Positions 8,223 to 16,700 of a stretch of 29,357 nucleotides of DNA are shown in pieces. Under the pieces are notes generated by a model that had not been told where the DNA came from, made no database searches, and saw only the letters and a program-made list of their open reading frames with translations. The DNA comes from a virus (Duplodnaviria; Caudoviricetes), in the IMG/VR virus record IMGVR_UViG_3300012031_000058, positions 1 through 29,357 of that record; one strand, given 5' to 3'. A program made the position numbers and the translations under genes. How positions within the stretch are numbered: position 1 is the first letter of the stretch; each line of letters starts with the position of its first letter.

Positions 8223-11200
8223 CTACGCACCTCTGGTGCAGTTGAGAAGTCTGTTGAGTGCGTCTAGCTCGGCATCGACCGTGTCAATACCCTCGACTTC
8301 GATCTCAGAGTCTTGGAACAAGAAGTCGTTAGGGTCCCCGTAGGTAGGGTTCTTCACGAGTGTAAGGGGCCCGACCTGCAGCACCTCCGCACCCGCCACC
8401 ACCGGTTCCATCGTGGCTCGGTTGTAGAAATAACTGTGCCGCTCAGGATCGTACCCGACCTGGACCCACGCAGGGTCATCTATCGCAGCTCTGGCCATCT
8501 CGACCGACTCCTCTACACTTATGTTTTTCCACGCGCCTTTGACCACAGCGATAGTGCTCTTGGCCTTACCGGTTGCAATCTTCATCGACATAGGCTCGTG
8601 CGCACCGAGTGTGGCTTCTGTCACCAGAGCCACGCTCTCGTACCCTACTGACTTACCAGCTTTAAAACCGGCGCCAGGTTCATGGATGGACACAGCCCAG
8701 ACCCCGTGGTCTCGGTAGGCGGGGATATCTAATCGAACCCCAACCTTGTGGCCCTCTTCGAGTGTCTTGGCCGGAGCGCCCACTTTATCGGTTTTATTCT
8801 TAGTCAAAGCCGAGCTTATCTCTTCGAGACTATTCGGCACCGGTGGCTCGTCGTACGGCGTCACGGGCTTATATTCGTTCACCAACCTGGAGTACTCAGC
8901 TGTCGTCATCTCGCCAGACTCCACTTTCTTAGCGGCCTCGGTGAGCTCCGGTATGCGCTGGGTGACCTCTTTAAAGTACATGTCTATACGAGGGTTAGCG
9001 TGCTGGATCCGGACTTTCTTAGAGGTCTTGGGCTTAACCGAAATTGACTCGATCTGCTCAGGTGTAGCATCCGCAGACACCACACCGGCCTCAGTTATTG
9101 CGGCTGCAATAGCTTCGTCCGTCACCCTCGGCGCTTCTTGCTCCGGTGCCGACAGCGATAACCCGTACTGGGCATTGACCTGGTCCATTATCTCAGCGAC
9201 CGGAGTCCCTTTGTCCAGCCTGCGCTTAACAAAGTTTTGCACTTTCTTGCGGTCTGCCGCTGGCACAGCATCAGTGATCTGAGACCTCAGTGTGTCCGCC
9301 GTCATCTCAGCGACTGGCTCTGGTGTTGGTTCCGGAGCAGCCTCAACTTCTGGGGCTGCTTGGCCCTCTTCGATTGGGGCCTCGACAGCCGGATCTGCCA
9401 TCTCTTCCTGTGCGCCATCCTCCACAATCTCAACCGTGGTGTCGGTCTGGGGCCCAATTTCAGCCGCGTTCTCTATCTCGGGTGGTGGCACGTAGGGTTT
9501 AGCAGGGGGCTTCGCGTTCTTGGCCGGCTCCACTTTAAAGTTCATTAGGTCGTAGACTTCACGAACCGTGACGTCTTGGCCTCGACCGCGCAGGTCCGCC
9601 ACAGTGCTGGTCACGTAGGCGGGGATTATTGCTGCTGATATCTTAGCGGACGCCGCAGAGAGCCGACCTGACGCCACCAGCTGGGCCGCGACTTCCTCGT
9701 GGATTTCGTCGGCCTCAGTCTTAGTTGCAGTCTCGGTCTTGGCCAGGTTCATTAGCCGTTCGATGCGGGTGGTGTCTCGGTTCTGTATCTCGCTCTGGGT
9801 TTGGGCGTCGGGGCTCCGCTTCATGTGGGGCCGAAGGCGCTCAGTTAGGTTTGAGTCGCTCACAACATCCATCGCAAAGTCTTCAACGCTCAGCGACACA
9901 TCTGTGCCGGCATCGAGTTGAGCCTGGAGGTAGTCGGGGATAGTGAACCCTTCGTCTACCGCAGCCCGTACTGCCTCTGGGGTCAGGTACACTTTATCGT
10001 TTGGGTCCATGCCTTTGAAGAAACCGCGGGCCACATCTGGGGCCTCTTGGTTCAGCTTCATGTTCTGAATGGAATATATCATGCCGTCGAGAGACTGCTG
10101 CTCACCCACAGTTTTTATGTCGTCGCTCATGCGCTGCTGGATCGAGTAGCTAACCGCATCCAGTGGGAGCGACGCGCCTCTCATGGCTGCACCCATTGGG
10201 CCACCGGCCACCATGCCTGCCGCACCTCTATCCAGCTGCTCTAACAGCTTGACGCGGTTAGGAGTGCTGTAGGCGTACTTGGTGCCCATGGTCTCGCCGA
10301 TGTATTCGACTTGCTCTTGTAGAAATTCCGTTGCACCCTCTCGGGCCGTTGCTTTACCTATCTCTCTACCGGCGTGGCCCCAAGTGAGTTTCCCCACCTT
10401 GCCTTTAGTCATCAGCCCGAGGGCCCCCTTAGCAGACCACCGGTCTATCAAGGTGACGGCCACAGCTGTTGGCATACCTCTAATTACGTCCGCGGCCGAG
10501 GCTGAGTCTCTCCCATCCCGCTCCGCTATGGCATTACCTGTCTCGTTGGACTTGCTGGCTAAGTAGAGAGGCAGGGATAACATCATGCCGCCGATGTCCA
10601 CCATCGACATTGCGCCTGTCTCCATCACGTATCCGGCCAGGTTTGCCACGGTCGGCTCGTCTTTGAAGTCTTCCCAGTTGTACTGGCTCTCATACCCCAG
10701 CCCACCTTCAGCGATAGCCGTGCCAACTCCTCTGACTTTATCGGAAAAGTTTAAGCTGTCCCGCTCGGCTAGCCCTAGGGTCTCTATTATTTGTTCATAA
10801 CCGTCGATGGAGTGCGACGCAAACTGAATGAGGTTACCAGTCAGGCTGTTCGTACGCTCGCCCATGCCGAGGCCTACGTTCTTCCAGTAGCCCTCCTTGC
10901 GCCTCTGAGCTCTCTCAAAGGCCTTCATCTGCTCCATGTCATCAATAGACATACGAGCCTGAGCAGGATCCGACATCCACTCAGCAACAGCCGGAGTGTC
11001 AGCCAAGTCGGCCACGGGGTTAGGGCTTGGTGTGGTCGCTAGGGACTGGGCCCTGTCGATATCTGTTTCTGCAACAGACGCAGGAATGCCGGTCTCGTAT
11101 TGGACCTGCTGGGCTTTTCTAGCTGCGGAAGGGTCCACGCCAGGTTGTGACGCGAGACCTATCGACGTGGTGAGCTGCCGCTTTCTGCGCTCGTCTTTCC

Positions 11201-11240
11201 ACTTTCTGGCTTCGGCCCGTTCTTCTGGAGTTAATGGCAT
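8223..11240 (-). CDS. Large internal virion (ejection) protein, N-terminal part, with an inserted cargo domain
   Basis: 1005 aa. G/A-rich 'EGATEFLQE..GAAGMVAGGPMG' segment typical of ejection proteins, a P/E/A-rich linker, a globular insert (RLDIPAY..W.VSIH..WVQVGYDPERHSYFY) and C-terminal LLNC. Confidence 0.8.
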   Translation of the reverse strand: MPLTPEERAEARKWKDERRKRQLTTSIGLASQPGVDPSAARKAQQVQYETGIPASVAETDIDRAQSLATTPSPNPVADLADTPAVAEWMSDPAQARMSIDDMEQMKAFERAQRRKEGYWKNVGLGMGERTNSLTGNLIQFASHSIDGYEQIIETLGLAERDSLNFSDKVRGVGTAIAEGGLGYESQYNWEDFKDEPTVANLAGYVMETGAMSMVDIGGMMLSLPLYLASKSNETGNAIAERDGRDSASAADVIRGMPTAVAVTLIDRWSAKGALGLMTKGKVGKLTWGHAGREIGKATAREGATEFLQEQVEYIGETMGTKYAYSTPNRVKLLEQLDRGAAGMVAGGPMGAAMRGASLPLDAVSYSIQQRMSDDIKTVGEQQSLDGMIYSIQNMKLNQEAPDVARGFFKGMDPNDKVYLTPEAVRAAVDEGFTIPDYLQAQLDAGTDVSLSVEDFAMDVVSDSNLTERLRPHMKRSPDAQTQSEIQNRDTTRIERLMNLAKTETATKTEADEIHEEVAAQLVASGRLSAASAKISAAIIPAYVTSTVADLRGRGQDVTVREVYDLMNFKVEPAKNAKPPAKPYVPPPEIENAAEIGPQTDTTVEIVEDGAQEEMADPAVEAPIEEGQAAPEVEAAPEPTPEPVAEMTADTLRSQITDAVPAADRKKVQNFVKRRLDKGTPVAEIMDQVNAQYGLSLSAPEQEAPRVTDEAIAAAITEAGVVSADATPEQIESISVKPKTSKKVRIQHANPRIDMYFKEVTQRIPELTEAAKKVESGEMTTAEYSRLVNEYKPVTPYDEPPVPNSLEEISSALTKNKTDKVGAPAKTLEEGHKVGVRLDIPAYRDHGVWAVSIHEPGAGFKAGKSVGYESVALVTEATLGAHEPMSMKIATGKAKSTIAVVKGAWKNISVEESVEMARAAIDDPAWVQVGYDPERHSYFYNRATMEPVVAGAEVLQVGPLTLVKNPTYGDPNDFLFQDSEIEVEGIDTVDAELDALNRLLNCTRGA

Positions 11241-12844
11241 TAGGGTGTGAAATCCTCGGCATCTGAGTACTCAGAGAACAGCTCAACAATATACCTCCCA
11301 TCCATACCTCGCCCATTCGCCCTAGCTTCGGACTCGGCTTTCTCGTACGCTGGTGGATCTATGCTCTGCAGGTAGCTTCGAGCTTCCCCCTGTTCGGTTG
11401 GGCTCATGCTATCCCACAGTTTAAATGCTTTAGGTTCCGTGCCGATTATTTTCTCTTTAGTCGGGACGAACAAGAATATCTCGTTGATAGCGTCACCTTG
11501 TTCGGGGCCGGTCGGGTCTCTCCCGTTGATGGCCCTGAAGTCATAGACATACCGCTCAAACTTGCGCCGGTACTGCGACAATAGTTCAGGGTCGTTATCT
11601 CCCATAGTCACTTCCCGTACCTTATCTTGAATCATTTGAGTGCCTGTAAATATGGGGTCATTCTCTAGCGCGTCGTTGGACTCCAGTGACGACTGGTTCC
11701 ACATACCAAAGTCCTCGTCACTTAACTGAGACGATATCTCATGAAAGTATCGCCTAAGCTCCCGAGGAGTGGAGTTTGCGTACAGCCACTGCAGGTTCTC
11801 TTCCACCAGCCTAGGTGTCTTAGGGTTCTGATCGAGAGCGTAGTTGCGCTCCGCCTCTTTCATGTTGTTAACAATACTGGGATCCATCTGCTTAAGAATG
11901 TCGGGTGGGATGTCTTGCACGGAGCCGCCATCTAGCCGGATGCCGTTGAAGTAGGTCTGGTGGTACTCCTCTTGCTGGGCATCCACTATTTTCTTGTCTC
12001 TGGCCATCTTAACCTCGAACCTAGACTCGGTAGCGATCATCTCCTGCGGGTCGGTCACGTTCTTTTGTATCCAATCCCAGCCCTCCTCAGGCGACATGCC
12101 GTCGAGGGACTGTACGTTGCGCACAGCTTTACCTTGCAGAGTCTGCTCCTCCGCCACTCGTAGTATTTTAGCTCTAGCATCGCTGGGTAGGAATTTAGCC
12201 CAGTCCTCGTTGAGCGCGTCCACACGCTGCTCAGGTGGCATCATCTCCAGCTTTGCTGTGGCCGCATCGTTGCGCCATGATATTTTCAGGCGCTCAGCTT
12301 CCTCAGAATCTAGCCAGTCCATCCCCACTGAGCTGTCTATGAGATCGTTGGCGGCGTTCTGCGCATCTATCAGGCTGCCAGTCAGGCCGGCCTCCCGAAT
12401 GCTGTCCAGTCGTTCTGAGACGTACCCGCGCTGGTAGTCTCGCTCCACTGTTCTGGCGAAGTTAGAGATGCGCTCTTGGCCCTGAGTGAACGTCACTCTG
12501 GCCTCGTCTTCAAACATCTGACGGGCCATAGGATCCGTTATCATCGATGCGGCTTCGGTAAGGCTGGTCCCCAAATTGTTGGAGTACCGTTCGCCCATCG
12601 AAGCGTAGTCTTCGTCACCGTCGTAAGCATTGTCCTCTTTGGCTTTGGCTGTTAGAAACTCAGCTCTGGCCTGGGACATTTCGTACTTAGTCCGGCGGTC
12701 TTTTATATCAGCCCCGATAGCACCCACAGTGGCCCCGACCTCCTGCATGCCTCGGCCTATGGCTCGATCATCGACAACAGCAATGCTCTGCTGGTCGTTG
12801 ACCACAGTCCGGTTTATGTCGGTAGCTCTAGGTAATTGAGGCAT
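11240..12844 (-). CDS. Internal virion (ejection) protein, gp15-position
   Basis: 534 aa, helical. N-terminal 'MPQLP..AIGRGMQEVGATVGAIG' typical of this family; located between the small and large ejection genes. Confidence 0.75.
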   Translation of the reverse strand: MPQLPRATDINRTVVNDQQSIAVVDDRAIGRGMQEVGATVGAIGADIKDRRTKYEMSQARAEFLTAKAKEDNAYDGDEDYASMGERYSNNLGTSLTEAASMITDPMARQMFEDEARVTFTQGQERISNFARTVERDYQRGYVSERLDSIREAGLTGSLIDAQNAANDLIDSSVGMDWLDSEEAERLKISWRNDAATAKLEMMPPEQRVDALNEDWAKFLPSDARAKILRVAEEQTLQGKAVRNVQSLDGMSPEEGWDWIQKNVTDPQEMIATESRFEVKMARDKKIVDAQQEEYHQTYFNGIRLDGGSVQDIPPDILKQMDPSIVNNMKEAERNYALDQNPKTPRLVEENLQWLYANSTPRELRRYFHEISSQLSDEDFGMWNQSSLESNDALENDPIFTGTQMIQDKVREVTMGDNDPELLSQYRRKFERYVYDFRAINGRDPTGPEQGDAINEIFLFVPTKEKIIGTEPKAFKLWDSMSPTEQGEARSYLQSIDPPAYEKAESEARANGRGMDGRYIVELFSEYSDAEDFTP

Positions 12845-13419
12845 TAGATGGGCCTCCGCATGATGCTACTGCCTCGCGGCGTAGCTGCGAATGAGCGGGT
12901 GAACGGCACGGCTCTCGACCACGACGGTGTAGACTCCAGTATCTTGCCTGGGTTCTTGTTCTTGAACTGGCTGAACCCACCATCCTTATTGAAACTGGCG
13001 ATGCCTCCCAACGCAGTCGCGGCCGCACCCATGTACGCCCCACGCTGCTGGGCTCTACCTTGTGCTTTAGCTGCAGCGCCTTGGCGCTCCATGTCGATGG
13101 CCTGCTGGTCAGTCTCGTATAGAGCGGCGAGCTCGTTGTACTTGCCCACACCCCCTTGTCGCGCTATTTGTCTAGCCGCAGCACCGTCACTCCCCGAGAA
13201 TCCGGATCCGGCCTGTATGGCCTCGGTATCAGACATCATCCTCGCGGTCTGTCGTTCGATCTCTTCAGCTTGTCGTTTGCCTTCTTGCCGCTTTCGACGG
13301 GCATTCTCCCGCTGCTGCGCATTGACGGACTCGCCTTGTTTCCTAGCTGACTTTCCCTCTTGGACTTTTCCAAGGACGCTGAAAGCCGTTGAGGCTAATG
13401 GTATGGCTGCTGTTGCCAT
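12844..13419 (-). CDS. Small internal virion protein (gp14-position ejection protein)
   Basis: 191 aa with a hydrophobic A-rich N-terminus, Q/R/A coiled coil, 'AGSG' motif and G/A-rich C-terminal segment. Confidence 0.75.
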   Translation of the reverse strand: MATAAIPLASTAFSVLGKVQEGKSARKQGESVNAQQRENARRKRQEGKRQAEEIERQTARMMSDTEAIQAGSGFSGSDGAAARQIARQGGVGKYNELAALYETDQQAIDMERQGAAAKAQGRAQQRGAYMGAAATALGGIASFNKDGGFSQFKNKNPGKILESTPSWSRAVPFTRSFAATPRGSSIMRRPI

Positions 13420-13760
13420 CGGTAGATGTCCCCTTGAATAGTTGTCATATAGTACTCGAAACCTATCTTGCGCAACACTCTGGGCGCATTATTCTCTTCT
13501 GGGTCGGCCACGGCGTACACCACTTCGTAGTGCTGCTGCAAGAATGCGTCGAAAGATTTAATCACTCGCATGATGTCTCTCGGGTGGTCCCGCATGGCTG
13601 GAGTAAGGTTGGCGAACGCATACGGGGGACTCGTGTGAATTACCCCCGCTACCGCCACTGCCTTGCCTCCCACTTCGGCGACCACAGCTCTAATGCTTTT
13701 ACCAAACGAATTGAGATCCAGGTTAGTTAGGTCTTCCGCTTCCATCGGTCGGATCATCAA
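13395..13760 (-). CDS. GNAT-fold acetyltransferase-like protein (T7 gp13 position)
   Basis: 'IRPMEAEDL..AVAVAG..ADPEENNAPRVLRKIGF' GNAT pattern; conserved position after the nozzle. Confidence 0.75.
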   Translation of the reverse strand: MMIRPMEAEDLTNLDLNSFGKSIRAVVAEVGGKAVAVAGVIHTSPPYAFANLTPAMRDHPRDIMRVIKSFDAFLQQHYEVVYAVADPEENNAPRVLRKIGFEYYMTTIQGDIYRWQQQPYH

Positions 13761-16700
13761 TGTCCTCTACCTCGTATGTTATTGCCAGCATTGTGGCTGG
13801 CCCAGTTGTTTGCACCGTCACCCGCGAGTCCGTGTCGTACGTCCCATCAAACTCAAATGACATTTCATCATAGTCTACCAGCTGCCACGACCTTTGGTCA
13901 GCGACATATAGAAAACCATCTGGATCAGTATTAGATCCGGCGAACACTTGGTTGGCCGAGAAAGTCCGAATCGCCTGAAGGCCCGCAAACCCAGTGTACT
14001 CCGCAAGGACTGTTGGTGTATCGATAGAGGTGTACGAAACAACGCACCCTGTTGTGCCACCCGCGAACCACAAGTACGGCGCATACGCAGACATGTCCCT
14101 CATTCCCTGCAGCTTTGTCGCAGTGACTGACCCGAGAAGTGTCGGAACCAAGGCGTCGTCCGCTAGACTGTAGATATTCAAAGTCCCTGCAGTGGGATCC
14201 AGAACAAACATGTTGGATCCGTCCACAAGGCAGTACTCGGCCGCACCTAGCCCAGTCCCGAAGACAGTAACATCCATATCAGCTGGGTTGCTCTTGTCCA
14301 CGATATGGACCCGCTCTTCCCACGCGATATACAAGTACTGCCCTCTTGACCCAATCATCTCTGGCGCCACAGGGTCACCTGTTGTCACTAGCGCCAAGCT
14401 GGACTCGACCGCTAGTGACGCGGGGTCGCTGATGTTTATAGCGGACACAGAGCCTGCGAGGGCGTGCCCGACCGTGTATAGAAAAGGGGAGTCTATCCAC
14501 ATCCCTCTTGGTACGGGCACGTCGGGTATGCCAGCACTGGCGCCCTCTAGGTAGTCCACCTGCACAGGTGAGGTGATGTCAGTGATATCCACTGCCGCGA
14601 TGCCCCTCTTCACCGTAGCCACTGTGCTGGTCCTAGTGAGGAAAAAAGCGAACGAGCTGTCCTGCTTGCACCGGTATGAGAAGAGATGGTCTCCGGATGT
14701 TCCTGTCGCGAGGAGAGCGGTGGAACCCGCGACGAACATCGCGCTAGGGGAGGTCACGTCTATAATCTGAGCCGGCCCTCCTCCCGATGATATCTCGTTG
14801 TCGGCCTCGTTGGTCTGGGTCCATGTGTCCCCTGCGATGTCGTACACCCACAGGTCTTTGACCGCGAACGGTGGAGCTGGGGATACTCCAGTCGTCTGAT
14901 CGAGAGATCCTGTCTTTACAAAAATACTCTCGCCGTCTGTCCAGACCGCTGACTCCGACCTGTTGAATGGAACTGTGGTGTCGGTGTAGTCAGATAGGTC
15001 CGTCAGCGTTGACCACGTGTTGGTAGCGATGTCGTACTCGTTGAGCGTCCGCTGTGGGAAAAACCCGAACTGGGGTACCGTCCCCCCAAATGTGTACAGC
15101 TTCCCATTACCAGGTGCCACCATGCTCCGGAGTGCGCTTCGGGATAGCCCCGCAGTGCTTAACGCGCTCCACGTGTTAGTCCCGATGTTATACTCAAAGA
15201 ATGACAGGATGACTTGGTTAGTAACCATGTCCGCTCCCTCTAACATGTAAAATTTACCTGCGCCGGCGCCAGTCTTCGGCAGTGCCGTTGAGGGGGAACG
15301 CTTGAGCGTAGGGGGTGATACGGGAGTTAACGTGGACCACGTGTCCGTGGCGATATCGTACGCATAGAACCCTCCCGTGCTCGTGCTTTGCTGAGCCCCG
15401 TACAGGTAAACTTTACCGTTATAGGTTTGTATGTCGGACTTGAAAATACCGGTAGTAGGGGCATTGGCTAAGGTAGACCAAGTCCCCGCGCCGATGTCGT
15501 ACCTGGTGAAGTTAGGAGTGAGGTTGGTGTAGGCGTACAGGTACTCATCAACCACGTTGTCGTATGCCAGCGAGGGGTACCCCGCACCGCCCCCTGGCAT
15601 GTCGTCGAAGTCAAAAGCAGTGACCGATGCGACGCTGGGATTCACTTGAATTAAATTTTGCATATTACCGTTCGAGTCGGTGTTGCCGCCCACTACCCAG
15701 TTCACGCCGCCGCTGGATATTGGCCCGCCCACGTTCACTGCAGCTTGTTGCCGGCGAGACTCGTCGGTGAACGCGGTCGAATTGGTGGCGCAGAGAAGGT
15801 AAGAACCTGGCCCGTCGTACTGCTCCATGCCATTGATCGTTAAACCACCCGTGAGACTCCCCACGATAGTAGGCTCTGGCTCAGTGGTAGGTGCCCTTGG
15901 TCGGCCCTCGTCGATGTCTGGCATCGGTTGCAGCCGGTTCACGTCTGACCCGTACAGTAAATTCCTAAGCGCGACGGACCGCATGACTAGCCCTATCTGG
16001 ACTACCCGCTTGCGGTAATTGAGGACCGTTTTTTCTACATACCGGCTCAGCCTGTTGCTGGTCCATGTGGCAGTCGGGCGAAGCCCCACCACGACATCGG
16101 TCCATCCGGATGAAGCTAATGTGATCTGGCCGCTCGAAACTGTTGCGGCTCCTTTCTCCACCCCATCGGCCCAGACGTAGACGTCCAGCCCCTCTAGGTG
16201 GTCTAGACCGTCGAAAGTCCCCCCAGGGGAGCGTTTGTACACGTGTGAGTCGTAGTGCCTAGAGTCGGTCTCTCCGCGGCTTTGAGAAAACTTAGCGAGG
16301 CGCTCTATGTACCGGACGCCGTCCCGCTCCACCACCATATATATCTCATCCTCAGCAGCAGTCGGAGCTGATGTTATATCCTCCACGGTCCCGCCCCCGC
16401 CTAGGGTTATCCTAGACCACGCGGTCACATCTTCAACATTATCAAACAGTAGGACTCGTAGCTCACCGTTAGTCAGCAAGCAGTACATCCTCGGCTCTGG
16501 CTCGCTCGAGTAGATTAACTTCTTTATGCCTGGGGCGCAGATGTCTGGGTGTAGGATTGTAGTGTCGTTAGCAGATATCTGCTCACCCTTCAGGCCGCTG
16601 AGTGCAAATAGTTTAAGCAGGCTGCGGTTAACAAAATAAACAATCTGATCCACGACAGCCGGACGGACCTCAGCGGACCCCTTGTTGGTTCCTCGCTTGA

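Noticed and set aside
7889-8223. Readthrough or frameshift joining the 1005-aa and 2244-aa ORFs
   Set aside because: They are separated by over 300 bp containing an independent gene with its own RBS
14770-15730. ISSGG peptide at both ends of the Kelch region as a possible target-site duplication
   Set aside because: The DNA sequences differ and the match is short and low-complexity
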